IMG/VR virus record: IMGVR_UViG_3300021400_000048
Location: 120,791 to 184,790 of that record
Origin: a virus
Taxonomy: Duplodnaviria; Heunggongvirae; Uroviricota; Caudoviricetes
Length of the DNA: 64,000 bases
Strand: one strand, 5' to 3'
Positions 1 to 8,485 of this stretch are shown one piece after another. The notes under the pieces are model-generated. The model made no database searches. It saw nothing but the letters and a program-made list of their open reading frames with translations, and was not told the origin of the DNA. How positions within the stretch are numbered: position 1 is the first letter of the stretch; every line of letters begins with the position of its first letter. Made by a program: the position numbers and the translations under genes.

Positions 1-54
1 CCAGTAGTCTCTAAGTGTTAAAATATTATCAATAAAATTTTCATCTCTTTCCAT
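1..54 (-). CDS. partial hypothetical protein (runs off window edge)
   Basis: ATG at 52-54 downstream of promoter 173-227; open to edge (MERDENFIDNILTLRDYW). Confidence 0.4.
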   Translation of the reverse strand, partial: MERDENFIDNILTLRDYW

Positions 55-172
55 AAATTGTTTCTCTCTCATTTATTTTCTAATTATAAACCCGAAATTT
101 GCTCTGTGTCGCATTTTTATTTCAGGCCTATTAATTTATTAGTCTTCATTTATATAAACATTTTACATTAAT

Positions 173-227
173 ATTATATCACAAACTATTTTAAAAGTAA
201 ATAGTTTCTACAATGAAAACGTTTTCA
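173..227 (-). promoter_or_regulatory. sigma70 promoter plus cre-like operator
   Basis: TATAAT 173-178, TTTACT 196-201 (17-bp spacer), TGAAAACGTTTTCA 214-227. Confidence 0.8.
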
Positions 228-249
228 GTTTTTACAAGTCGAGACGATT

Positions 250-666
250 TTAAAAATCGCCTCGAACTGAATTTTGTTTTTTTAATTGATCTAATTTATC
301 TTTATAAGCATTAACTGCTGCTTTGCATTTGCTGCCGATATAATTTCTATCTTCAAAAATTATACAATTAGTATTAGAAGTATTATCTATATATCTAATA
401 ACATTTACTGTGCCGCCACCATCGTAATTTTCAAATTCAAAATAAAATGTAGGAACAGGCTCTGCAACATATTGACCAGTTGTATAACTATAATTAGATT
501 TATAATAAATAGATAAATAATTTATTCCATCATTATTTAAATATCTGCATTTTGTATAAAGCTTATCTAAAGCTTGCTCTAATGTTTCTCCGGTAAAATT
601 ATATTTAACATCTCTACCGCAACCAACCCAACTACTTGTACTAATACTTGCTTCAATTTTATACAT
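250..666 (-). CDS. hypothetical early protein (138 aa)
   Basis: ORF directly downstream of promoter 706-760; TAA stop. Confidence 0.75.
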   Translation of the reverse strand: MYKIEASISTSSWVGCGRDVKYNFTGETLEQALDKLYTKCRYLNNDGINYLSIYYKSNYSYTTGQYVAEPVPTFYFEFENYDGGGTVNVIRYIDNTSNTNCIIFEDRNYIGSKCKAAVNAYKDKLDQLKKQNSVRGDF

Positions 667-705
667 AATATACTTCTCTCTTTCTGTATTCTTAAATACA
701 ATAAT

Positions 706-762
706 ATTATATCGTAAAACTGCAAAAAAGTAAATAGTTTATATAGTGAAAACGTTTTCACT
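706..762 (-). promoter_or_regulatory. sigma70 promoter plus cre-like operator
   Basis: TATAAT 706-711, TTTACT 729-734, TGAAAACGTTTTCA 747-760 within an 18-bp palindrome 745-762. Confidence 0.8.
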
Positions 763-1006
763 AATTTTCATTATGCATAAAACAATCACTCTTGTGAAGC
801 CAATAATTGTATTGATCAACATCATCGATCACTTCTGGTGATACAGTATATTCCAAGTCTTCTATTTGCTCTCTAGTAAGCTTGCCAACTTCTTCGATTA
901 AAAACTCTTTTGTAATTGCTTTATTGTTATCAACTAACAACACTTTCTTTTCTGGCAAACCTTCTGCATGTACTTTGTATTTAATATTAAATACTTTAAC
1001 TAACAT
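761..1006 (-). CDS. hypothetical early protein (81 aa)
   Basis: ORF with AAGGA RBS. Confidence 0.75.
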   Translation of the reverse strand: MLVKVFNIKYKVHAEGLPEKKVLLVDNNKAITKEFLIEEVGKLTREQIEDLEYTVSPEVIDDVDQYNYWLHKSDCFMHNEN

Positions 1007-1024
1007 ATAAAAATCACTTCCTTT

Positions 1025-1216
1025 TTAGTCAGCAAGATTATATGCCTTTCTTAATTCCATTATTGCTGCATAGCAAAGATCTAGCTCAGCTTTAATAATA
1101 ATTTCAGGCATATTCTCTTGAATTTGTTTATCAAGTCTTTCAACTCTTCTAACTAATTGCTTAAGTGTTTGAAACTTATCTACGGCTTTTTTTACTTTTA
1201 CTTTTTTTACTGGCAT
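1025..1216 (-). CDS. hypothetical early protein (63 aa)
   Basis: ATG at 1214-1216 one base after upstream TAA; track start at 1276 overlaps the 52-aa gene. Confidence 0.65.
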   Translation of the reverse strand: MPVKKVKVKKAVDKFQTLKQLVRRVERLDKQIQENMPEIIIKAELDLCYAAIMELRKAYNLAD

Positions 1217-1217
1217 A

Positions 1218-1376
1218 TTATTTTCTCTTCTTTCTTTTCTTATCTTTCTTTTTATTTTGCTTAGACGTATCCACAATATCCTTTGCAGGAATTATTTTAC
1301 CATTATTGATAACATCAACATTAGTATATCATAGATTATATAAAGCTTGGACTAATTCTTTTGTACTTTCTTTCAT
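1218..1376 (-). CDS. small Lys-rich-tailed protein, 52 aa under code 4
   Basis: TAATG-coupled to upstream gene; in-frame TGA at 1329-1331; fills the gap exactly; missing from track. Confidence 0.65.
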
Positions 1377-1702
1377 TATTCTTCTACCTCCTCTAAAGAT
1401 AATTTTGTTCCTATATATTTATTTTTTAAACTTTGATAATCACCTTCATAAAACATAGGACAAGTATCCTCATAAAAGACAATATCCTTAATAATCATAT
1501 CTTTATCAACAACAATATGACCATTTGTAGCACCTGGATGTCTAAAAGCTATAGGAACAATATCTCCTTTAAGACAACTTTCAACTTCGGCTTTCCATAA
1601 ATAAGAATGAACACTGAAATCTAAATCTCTATAGTTATTTTTAATATCAGCTTTAAGATAATTATCTAAGTCGATCATTAAGTTATTTACTATTCCATTC
1701 AT
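1376..1702 (-). CDS. hypothetical early protein (108 aa)
   Basis: ORF with GAGGT RBS. Confidence 0.75.
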   Translation of the reverse strand: MNGIVNNLMIDLDNYLKADIKNNYRDLDFSVHSYLWKAEVESCLKGDIVPIAFRHPGATNGHIVVDKDMIIKDIVFYEDTCPMFYEGDYQSLKNKYIGTKLSLEEVEE

Positions 1703-1713
1703 TATTTTTACCT

Positions 1714-1917
1714 CTATTCATTTCTAATAATTAGTGCATCGCCGTTTTGAAGTCTCCAAACATTTTCTTTTTCACTTCTTGCTTCTTGTCTATTCTCTCG
1801 AACTATTCGAAGTGCAGTTGTTTTAGATTCACTATAATATTTAGCATCATCGATAACGCGCTCAACATATTCTTTACTTGAAATTTCAGTATTGTTAAGA
1901 TAATATTTTAATTTCAT
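1714..1917 (-). CDS. hypothetical early protein (67 aa)
   Basis: ATG 1915-1917 after GGTGG RBS, downstream of promoter 1948-2013. Confidence 0.7.
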   Translation of the reverse strand: MKLKYYLNNTEISSKEYVERVIDDAKYYSESKTTALRIVRENRQEARSEKENVWRLQNGDALIIRNE

Positions 1918-1947
1918 AAACAACCACCACACTTATCTTACGGCTAT

Positions 1948-2013
1948 ATTATATCATGAAAAATAAAATTTGTAAATAGTTTTCAAAGAAAATTTTATAT
2001 GAAAACGCTTTCA
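1948..2013 (-). promoter_or_regulatory. sigma70 promoter plus cre-like operator (long spacing)
   Basis: TATAAT 1948-1953, TTTACA 1971-1976, TGAAAACGCTTTCA 2000-2013. Confidence 0.8.
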
Positions 2014-2016
2014 TAT

Positions 2017-2048
2017 AAAAAAAGATCTTATATTAAATAAGATCTTTT
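2017..2048 (-). terminator. intrinsic terminator
   Basis: AAAAGATCTTA..TAAGATCTTTT inverted repeat with T-tract on minus strand. Confidence 0.6.
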
Positions 2049-2302
2049 AAGTCTTCAAACTCTTTCTTTAAGTCTACAATAAAATCATAATCTTTAATTA
2101 CTGCAACTTTAACAGTTTTAAAATCTTCATCAAACTCATCACAGAAAACTTCTATAAGTTTATTATACCACTCTTCAAAACTTATATTAGAGTTTTGCAC
2201 AAGTAGGTCAGTTTTTGCATTTTGAGTTTTTGTTTCATAATCATGAAAGTCTGTTGAAAATAATGCTTCATAAAATTTGTTAACAACTTTGTTCTTATAC
2301 AT
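2033..2302 (-). CDS. hypothetical early protein (89 aa)
   Basis: ORF downstream of promoter 2341-2406. Confidence 0.75.
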   Translation of the reverse strand: MYKNKVVNKFYEALFSTDFHDYETKTQNAKTDLLVQNSNISFEEWYNKLIEVFCDEFDEDFKTVKVAVIKDYDFIVDLKKEFEDLKDLI

Positions 2303-2340
2303 AATTAAAGCTCTCTTTCTGTATTTTTAAATACATAAAT

Positions 2341-2406
2341 ATTATATCATGTTTTTATTAATTTGTAAATAGTTTTCATTTAGAAAAAAGAATGAAAGCG
2401 TTTTCA
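2341..2406 (-). promoter_or_regulatory. sigma70 promoter plus cre-like operator (long spacing)
   Basis: TATAAT 2341-2346, TTTACA 2364-2369, TGAAAGCGTTTTCA 2393-2406. Confidence 0.8.
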
Positions 2407-2441
2407 GGTGCCTACATTCTTGTGTAATTCTTACCTTACTA

Positions 2442-2735
2442 TTAAAACATTCTATTAATCACATCCACAAGTTCACGTTCACGATCATAGCTTAACTCAT
2501 CAAAATCGTCTAAACTAAAATCACCATCATCAATTAAATTTTTAATTCTTACTACAACTTCTTCTGCTTTTGCTTCTGATGACTGAATCCAATCATAAAC
2601 AAAATCACAAATTGTTTCAAATTGAGCTTCATTTAAACGATTACCAAAGTAATAATCTACTTCCGATGCAACAACAACTTTATATAATGATAATCCTGTC
2701 GCATCGAAGTTTCTAAGCATTTCTTTATAATACAT
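2442..2735 (-). CDS. hypothetical early protein (97 aa)
   Basis: ORF coupled to KTSC gene. Confidence 0.75.
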   Translation of the reverse strand: MYYKEMLRNFDATGLSLYKVVVASEVDYYFGNRLNEAQFETICDFVYDWIQSSEAKAEEVVVRIKNLIDDGDFSLDDFDELSYDRERELVDVINRMF

Positions 2736-2736
2736 T

Positions 2737-2949
2737 TTACTTCACCTCACAAAGTCTTTCATATTTAAAATTATATTTGATATTCTCATTCATAAAACGA
2801 CCTTTAGATGGTGCATTTTTTAAATCTTCAAATAACTCTTTACTAACACCGATATAACGATAAGTTCCTGATGCATACTTAACATAAAGATCCTTGCCAT
2901 CATAACCAATTGATTCAACATTACTAGATTGTACTTTAATCATTTCCAT
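2737..2949 (-). CDS. KTSC domain protein
   Basis: VQSSNVESIGYD..LYVKYASG.Y.Y.GV...F..L.NAPSKGRF matches the KTSC pattern; GGAGG RBS. Confidence 0.85.
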   Translation of the reverse strand: MEMIKVQSSNVESIGYDGKDLYVKYASGTYRYIGVSKELFEDLKNAPSKGRFMNENIKYNFKYERLCEVK

Positions 2950-2980
2950 AATATTACCTCCAATTTTTATTTACATAAAT

Positions 2981-3035
2981 ATTATATCATATTCTTATTA
3001 AAAAGTAAATAGTTTTCATAGTGAAAGCGTTTTCG
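2981..3035 (-). promoter_or_regulatory. sigma70 promoter plus cre-like operator
   Basis: TATAAT 2981-2986, TTTACT 3004-3009, TGAAAGCGTTTTCG 3022-3035. Confidence 0.8.
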
Positions 3036-3093
3036 TAAAAGCTAAATAATAATTGGGTCAAAATAAGCTTTTAACCCAATTGCAATATTTATA

Positions 3094-3393
3094 TTATTTA
3101 TTACGATGTCTAACAATAGAAACTTTACCATCTTTAATATCTCTACTAAGTTTTAATAGTTCTTTAAAGTCTTCAAAAGTTCCAACAAAATCGTGTGAGT
3201 TCCAATCAGTTGAACAACTTGATCCGTCATTAGTTCCAACTCTAACTATTAATTGTTCTTTATCATTATAATGCATTGTTGCAATTATACTACCATTCCA
3301 ACTTTGACAACTTGATCTAAATCCACTATTCTTACTACCGCCACGAGTTGCTGCTCCACGATTTCCACAAATACTTCCATAAAATGCTGACAT
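3094..3393 (-). CDS. hypothetical early protein (MSAFYG...RGGSK..SWNG)
   Basis: ORF with AAGGA RBS; start may be 3393 or 3429. Confidence 0.7.
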   Translation of the reverse strand: MSAFYGSICGNRGAATRGGSKNSGFRSSCQSWNGSIIATMHYNDKEQLIVRVGTNDGSSCSTDWNSHDFVGTFEDFKELLKLSRDIKDGKVSIVRHRNK

Positions 3394-3447
3394 ATTATTT
3401 TTCCTTTCCTGTTTTATAGTGTTGTTCATTCACTTATTTACACTTAT

Positions 3448-3513
3448 ATTATATCACATATTTAATTATTTGTAAATAGTTTTTAAAGAAAATTTTTTAT
3501 GAAAACGTTTACA
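3448..3513 (-). promoter_or_regulatory. sigma70 promoter plus cre-like operator (long spacing)
   Basis: TATAAT 3448-3453, TTTACA 3471-3476, TGAAAACGTTTACA 3500-3513. Confidence 0.8.
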
Positions 3514-3741
3514 TTATTCTTCTACTTCTTTTAATTCAACCTCAACAAGTTTATAAGTTATTTTAAAAGTTTTCTGTGATAGAAAATCTACAAACCTATC
3601 ATGCTTTAGTACCCACTCTGCTTGTTCAGTTGCACGCTTAGAATCTACATAAATTTGAGCATGTCTAAGTTCTTTACTAAATTTACTATTACCACACCAA
3701 TAATATTCATTGTTAAATTTAATTACATAAAGTTTCTTCAT
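3514..3741 (-). CDS. hypothetical early protein (75 aa)
   Basis: ORF in early operon. Confidence 0.7.
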   Translation of the reverse strand: MKKLYVIKFNNEYYWCGNSKFSKELRHAQIYVDSKRATEQAEWVLKHDRFVDFLSQKTFKITYKLVEVELKEVEE

Positions 3742-3763
3742 AATTACTATATTTTCTTTATAC

Positions 3764-4135
3764 TTATATTAACAAGTACTTTTTTGCATTATTATATACT
3801 TGATCAGATATTTGACTTTCACAATCAATAATATATTCTTTCATTATATCAATCGGCTTTTTATCACTGTTTTCAAAGTCTTCAACCATATTTAAGCACT
3901 CATCAACCATTGTTTCAATATCATTTGCTCCAAAAATATAATCTAACATACCAACATAGCCAATACCATCTATAGCTATTGCAACCATTACCATATTACT
4001 TGTAGCAGATCCTTCATAGCTTTTCATTTCTAATAACTCATATTTAAAACCTGTCTTTACACTTGTAATTGAAAAACCTTCTCTTTGATCATAATGTACT
4101 GTTAAATCATTTCTTGTTTTTTCTAAGTGTTCCAT
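3764..4135 (-). CDS. hypothetical early protein (123 aa)
   Basis: ORF with AAGGAGG RBS. Confidence 0.8.
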   Translation of the reverse strand: MEHLEKTRNDLTVHYDQREGFSITSVKTGFKYELLEMKSYEGSATSNMVMVAIAIDGIGYVGMLDYIFGANDIETMVDECLNMVEDFENSDKKPIDIMKEYIIDCESQISDQVYNNAKKYLLI

Positions 4136-4163
4136 AGTAGCCTCCTTAATTTATTCTATTAAT

Positions 4164-4218
4164 ATTATATCATAAACAAGTCAAAAAGTAAATATTTTCT
4201 ATAATGAAAGCGCTTTCA
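4164..4218 (-). promoter_or_regulatory. sigma70 promoter plus cre-like operator
   Basis: TATAAT 4164-4169, TTTACT 4187-4192, TGAAAGCGCTTTCA 4205-4218. Confidence 0.85.
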
Positions 4219-4229
4219 TTTTAATTTAT

Positions 4230-4259
4230 AAAAAAAGATCTTACTTAAGTAAGGTCTTT
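4230..4259 (-). terminator. intrinsic terminator
   Basis: AAAGATCTTACT/AGTAAGGTCTTT hairpin plus T-tract. Confidence 0.55.
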
Positions 4260-4584
4260 ATATCTCTACTTCTTCTACTCGATAAGTTTCTGAAAAAATG
4301 CACTCTGCTGCTGAATCATACCAATCAATACATATGTCTGGAATTGTTTTAAAATTACTATTTAATTCACTGATTTCATAGCTATATCCTTCTTCTTGTG
4401 GATATGATCCGTCTTCACTATTTTGAATCTTTGCCTCTTCCTCAACCGAAATCTTAAGATCATTAAATGCTTCTTTGGCAGACTTATATAGTTTATTAGA
4501 ATATAAACCACCATTAGCGCATTCAATTACATTATCACAACAACTATCAGTATTATAATAAGTAATTACATAAAATTTTTCCAT
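4258..4584 (-). CDS. hypothetical acidic early protein (108 aa)
   Basis: ORF with GGAGG RBS. Confidence 0.75.
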   Translation of the reverse strand: MEKFYVITYYNTDSCCDNVIECANGGLYSNKLYKSAKEAFNDLKISVEEEAKIQNSEDGSYPQEEGYSYEISELNSNFKTIPDICIDWYDSAAECIFSETYRVEEVEI

Positions 4585-4586
4585 AG

Positions 4587-4790
4587 TTAGTCCTCCTCCT
4601 CTTCTTCATATCTATCGACTTCTTCATAGTCATTATTTAAAGTTTCAATACTAACATTTCCTAAATCACCACGGCCAGACTTATCCTCTGTATCAAATAA
4701 TCTAACAATCTTCTCAGTTGCATCAACTTCAAATCTAATATAAACTCTTCCAGTTTTTTTGTTCTTATAAAGAATATTTAGTGTTTTCAT
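4587..4790 (-). CDS. hypothetical early protein (67 aa)
   Basis: ORF with AAGGAG RBS. Confidence 0.75.
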   Translation of the reverse strand: MKTLNILYKNKKTGRVYIRFEVDATEKIVRLFDTEDKSGRGDLGNVSIETLNNDYEEVDRYEEEEED

Positions 4791-4818
4791 ATTTACTCTC
4801 CTTATTTTTTATATAATA

Positions 4819-4873
4819 ATTATATCATGTTTCTTTTAAAAAGTAAATAGTTTTTAAACTGAAAGCGCTTTCA
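4819..4873 (-). promoter_or_regulatory. sigma70 promoter plus cre-like operator
   Basis: TATAAT 4819-4824, TTTACT 4842-4847, TGAAAGCGCTTTCA 4860-4873. Confidence 0.85.
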
Positions 4874-4878
4874 TATAA

Positions 4879-5223
4879 TTAAAACCTTCTAGCTATCTCT
4901 AAAGCAGTTCCTTTTAAAACTTCATAGTCTTTATTAATCTCCCAATTAACATTTTTTGAAGTTAAAGATAAATAGTCTTTTTTACCAAAATTAATTTTAT
5001 TTAAAAAAATAACTGAGCCACCAAAATTAACTAAAACTTTATCTTCTAGTGTTGCAAATTTTTTTCCATTATCTGCATCTCTAACATCATAAGCATAGAC
5101 ATTATTTGGAAGCGTCTTACGATCTACATGATATTCATTATAAATACCGTTATAGACTTTGCCATTAATTTCTAAAGAAAAAGCTACTGCATCTTTTAAA
5201 AATGTTTTAAAATCAACTAACAT
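4879..5223 (-). CDS. LPD28 (large polyvalent protein-associated) domain protein
   Basis: VDRKTLPNNVYAYDVRDAD....ATLEDKVLVNFGGSVI resembles LPD28; GAGGA RBS before ATG 5221-5223. Confidence 0.7.
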   Translation of the reverse strand: MLVDFKTFLKDAVAFSLEINGKVYNGIYNEYHVDRKTLPNNVYAYDVRDADNGKKFATLEDKVLVNFGGSVIFLNKINFGKKDYLSLTSKNVNWEINKDYEVLKGTALEIARRF

Positions 5224-5252
5224 AAATATATTCCTCACTTTCTTATATTTAT

Positions 5253-5307
5253 ATTATATCACTTTTTAAATAATTTGTAAACAATTTTTATAATGAAAGC
5301 GCTTTCA
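5253..5307 (-). promoter_or_regulatory. sigma70 promoter plus cre-like operator
   Basis: TATAAT 5253-5258, TTTACA 5276-5281, TGAAAGCGCTTTCA 5294-5307. Confidence 0.85.
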
Positions 5308-5421
5308 TAACTTGTAAAGAATCTGGTAAGATCATGAGTCTAATGTGAGGCTAACTTGTGAAATTACAGGCAAAGATCAGGCGCATCGAAGCTTTGACGG
5401 GCGCATCGGACTTTATGAAAT

Positions 5422-5454
5422 AAAAAAGATAATGTTAGACAACTAACATTATCT
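5422..5454 (-). terminator. intrinsic terminator
   Basis: perfect 12-bp stem AGATAATGTTAG/CTAACATTATCT, 4-nt loop, T-tract. Confidence 0.75.
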
Positions 5455-5474
5455 CTCTAAAAGCAATATTATTT

Positions 5475-6326
5475 TTAATCAAAATCTAAGTTTAGTGGAT
5501 TTTTATCACCAAAATCATGCTCATAACTTGAACCATCATAGTCGTCAGTTAGCATACGTTTTAAGTCATCATAAGTTATATCTAAAACTATATGTATATC
5601 ACCGTCTGGATTAATCTCAAAATGATCTGCTGGGAATTCTTCACAATAAGACCAATAGTCTTGATATCTATCATAATGATCAAAATAATTATAATCGTCT
5701 GTTGTTAGTGGCTCGCCATTATCATAATGTAATGTTCTCATAATTTCATCAATACAAGAATAAATATCAGTATCAGTTTTACCATCAGTTCTATCCATTA
5801 AGAAAATGCCTCCCATCGTAGATGTAGCATCTTCTAGTTTATCAAGTAGTCCAGTAATCTTAGATGAGTCTTTATATTCAGAATTTTCATCATATATTGT
5901 CTCAATAGCGTCACGAATCTCAAAACAAGTAAGCCCTACAAATTCATTATTAAGAATTTTTTGTTGACCCTCTCTTGTAGAACAATCACCATAATGTTCT
6001 AAGACATAAGCTTCACATGTATTAATAAGTTTAGTAACTATTGAAAGCTCAATTTTATCTGATATTGGAAAATCAAATTCAGCATCATCAAAAATATTAT
6101 CGCCTAGTAAATTGTAATAGTTACCCGCATACTCAAATTTATTTGTTTCTTTATCAAAATAAATAGAAATAAATAATGTGTTAAGTAATTTTTCATTTTC
6201 ATAATCTATCATAATTTCATCAATTAAATCTGAAAATGCCTCACTTGTATAATCAGCAAAAACAACACCTGGAATTTTTTCAAGTTGTGTTATTATATTT
6301 TTAATTTGTTCTTCTGTATATTGCAT
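5475..6326 (-). CDS. acidic hypothetical protein (283 aa)
   Basis: long ORF with AAGGAG RBS; second gene behind late motif 6771. Confidence 0.85.
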   Translation of the reverse strand: MQYTEEQIKNIITQLEKIPGVVFADYTSEAFSDLIDEIMIDYENEKLLNTLFISIYFDKETNKFEYAGNYYNLLGDNIFDDAEFDFPISDKIELSIVTKLINTCEAYVLEHYGDCSTREGQQKILNNEFVGLTCFEIRDAIETIYDENSEYKDSSKITGLLDKLEDATSTMGGIFLMDRTDGKTDTDIYSCIDEIMRTLHYDNGEPLTTDDYNYFDHYDRYQDYWSYCEEFPADHFEINPDGDIHIVLDITYDDLKRMLTDDYDGSSYEHDFGDKNPLNLDFD

Positions 6327-6348
6327 AGTAGTGCTCCTTAATTATAAT

Positions 6349-6750
6349 TTATTTTTCTTCTATTACATCAAATTTAAAACCTGTTGGAAAGATTCCATAT
6401 TCATCATAAATTAAACTGTCTAGCTCGCTGCCAAGCACATCTTCTACATCATCATCTTTTCCAACATATTCTACAGTTATTGTTACTTCATCAGGAAGAT
6501 CATCTGCACCGATGCTAAGCTCTGCAACATCTTCTGGATCATAGCTAATATCATAGCATTTTGCCACTATATCTCTTTCAATGATTTCTGTATCCACATT
6601 ATCAACTGTAAAGTCTTTAACATATCCTTCATTAACTAGATCTGCTAAATCCATGTTTATAAGTTTAGCTTTTGCTTCTTCTTCAGTGGCTGCATCAATC
6701 TCTACATTCTGTATCCATGCATCAACACTAAAATCAAATTTAAATTTCAT
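6349..6750 (-). CDS. acidic hypothetical protein (133 aa)
   Basis: AAGGAG RBS before ATG 6748-6750. Confidence 0.8.
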   Translation of the reverse strand: MKFKFDFSVDAWIQNVEIDAATEEEAKAKLINMDLADLVNEGYVKDFTVDNVDTEIIERDIVAKCYDISYDPEDVAELSIGADDLPDEVTITVEYVGKDDDVEDVLGSELDSLIYDEYGIFPTGFKFDVIEEK

Positions 6751-6770
6751 AAGCAAACTCCTTTTACTAT

Positions 6771-6779
6771 TAATTTAGC
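6771..6779 (-). promoter_or_regulatory. putative late promoter GCTAAATTA
   Basis: motif recurs in 12 intergenic sites just upstream of RBS/starts. Confidence 0.65.
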
Positions 6780-6798
6780 GAATTTAAAATAAGCGAAT

Positions 6799-7521
6799 TT
6801 AAAATACTTGATCACTAATACCAACAGACATTTTTTGATTCTTTAGTGGATTATAATCCTGCTTAGCTCGCCAAATGATCGCATCTAAATCCTTAACGCC
6901 ACTTTGAGTAGATCTTCTAAGTATCTCGATCTTTAATCCTTCATCAGTAGTTGCTCTTTCCACTGAATTTATCTTAGCTTGGATCATCGCATCAGTCTGC
7001 CAACCGAAGCTATACCAAACACTGAAAGCATCGGCATAAGCTTTTAGTAGTTCTGGCGATCCTGTAACCCACTGTTTCCACCTAGCGATCATTGCGTTCT
7101 TCTTAGCTTGACCTTTTTGTTCTTTGATCGTAGCTTTCCCACTGCTAAGCGCTAAGTTAAACGTAGCTTTCTTCTCTGTAGTCTTTACATCTGAAGTTAG
7201 AAAATTTAGCATGACTCCGTTATCCACATAAAGCGCATCTGGATCATCTTCACTAATTAGCACTGCACCAATTTTCATAAATGCACGATCATAAGCTCTT
7301 TGTTGCTCAGTAGAAATTCCTGTGCGCTCTTTTACATATTTACGATCGATAGTAAAGTATCCTTTAGTATTTAGTGTTTCTTTTCTTTCACACTTACTGT
7401 AAGCTAAATCAGAAATCGAATATAGCTGTTCCCAGTAGACTGCAGCTTCTAATCCAATTAATTGCACTAAATAAATATTGTATCTGCCAAATGCATGAGG
7501 TGACATTACATCTTTATACAT
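6799..7521 (-). CDS. putative replication initiator / replisome organizer (N-terminal winged helix)
   Basis: LVQLIGLEAAVYWEQL...GYFTIDRKYVKERTGISTEQQRAYDRAFMKIG resembles phage replisome-organizer N-termini. Confidence 0.5.
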   Translation of the reverse strand: MYKDVMSPHAFGRYNIYLVQLIGLEAAVYWEQLYSISDLAYSKCERKETLNTKGYFTIDRKYVKERTGISTEQQRAYDRAFMKIGAVLISEDDPDALYVDNGVMLNFLTSDVKTTEKKATFNLALSSGKATIKEQKGQAKKNAMIARWKQWVTGSPELLKAYADAFSVWYSFGWQTDAMIQAKINSVERATTDEGLKIEILRRSTQSGVKDLDAIIWRAKQDYNPLKNQKMSVGISDQVF

Positions 7522-7535
7522 AAATCCTCCAAAAT

Positions 7536-7570
7536 GAAATTAATGAAATTACCGAAATTACGGAAATTAC
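7536..7570. repeat. 4x GAAATTA(C) direct repeats, 9-bp period
   Basis: gaaatta at 7536, 7545, 7554, 7563, between promoter and RBS of the initiator-like gene. Confidence 0.75.
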
Positions 7571-7580
7571 CTTTATACCT

Positions 7581-7593
7581 TATTATACAATAA
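7581..7593 (-). promoter_or_regulatory. class II promoter motif TTATTGTATAATA
   Basis: recurrent motif with no consensus -35 seen. Confidence 0.55.
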
Positions 7594-7604
7594 AAATATA
7601 AGCA

Positions 7605-8459
7605 CTATAATGTAGCTCTTAAATAATTTTGTGTACCTTCTAGGAAATCATATAGCTTTGGATTTGAAGTAGTTCTTATTTTTTGTAAACTAACTTCAAA
7701 TTTCTTTTTATCTACTGAAAATTTATTAGTAAAGTAATCTGCATAATTTGCAGGTAAATTAGATAAAATTTGTACAACTCTATAAGGCCAGAAAGAAGAA
7801 GAAATACTTTTATATTTTTTTAGATTGCCTTCATCATCTGTTTCTTTTACAGTTTTACTTTCAACTTTCATACAATCATTAAATGCAATTGTTTCAACAA
7901 TAATTGCCTCAATAATTTTATTTTCATTTAATAGCTTTTGAATTATAGCAACAACATTATTATATTGATCTGCAGGATTTTCAAAAGTACTTTCTAGCAA
8001 GTCCAATCTTGTATCATCAGTCTCAGAATCAAGTGTAGCATCTAAACTAACTGTAGCGAAGTTAGCTTTATGAATAGCTAAATTTGATTCATAATAAGCT
8101 GCAGCCAAATATCTAGTATTGACAATTTGTGTAATTACAGTTCCTGCATTGCAATTCTTGCTATTATCTTGCCAGCTTTTATTTTCTACTGCTTGCATAA
8201 TAGCACCTTGAAACCAATCAATAAAATCAATTAGTTCTAGCTTTAAAGCAAGATGATGTTGCTTATATAGCTTCATAATCATAGGCTTATAATTTAGCAT
8301 AACAGAAGAAAACCAAGCATTTTCCATTACATCATCACCTGCTTTTCTTGCTTTACATAAATTGTCCATTCTTTCTGTAATTGTATATTCAAAATAAGGC
8401 TTTGGTAGAATTTCTACTGCTGCCTTAAAATCATTCCATAGCATTTCTATTGTATTCAT
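7605..8459 (-). CDS. divergent sigma70-family RNA polymerase sigma factor
   Basis: region 2-like LNYKPMIMKLYKQH..IDFIDWFQGAIMQAVENK..NAGTVITQIVN and region 3-like VSLDATLDSETDDTRLDLLE; AAGGAGG RBS. Confidence 0.55.
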   Translation of the reverse strand: MNTIEMLWNDFKAAVEILPKPYFEYTITERMDNLCKARKAGDDVMENAWFSSVMLNYKPMIMKLYKQHHLALKLELIDFIDWFQGAIMQAVENKSWQDNSKNCNAGTVITQIVNTRYLAAAYYESNLAIHKANFATVSLDATLDSETDDTRLDLLESTFENPADQYNNVVAIIQKLLNENKIIEAIIVETIAFNDCMKVESKTVKETDDEGNLKKYKSISSSFWPYRVVQILSNLPANYADYFTNKFSVDKKKFEVSLQKIRTTSNPKLYDFLEGTQNYLRATL

Positions 8460-8485
8460 AAACGAAACCTCCTTAATTTCGTATT

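Noticed and set aside
5310-5420. GC-richer spacer with GGCGCATCG direct repeat (5380, 5400)
   Set aside because: Only two copies, no ORF or recognisable RNA fold; insufficient support for a function.
8290-8298. TAATTTAGC late motif inside the sigma-like gene
   Set aside because: It lies in coding sequence about 770 bp from the next start and is probably coincidental.
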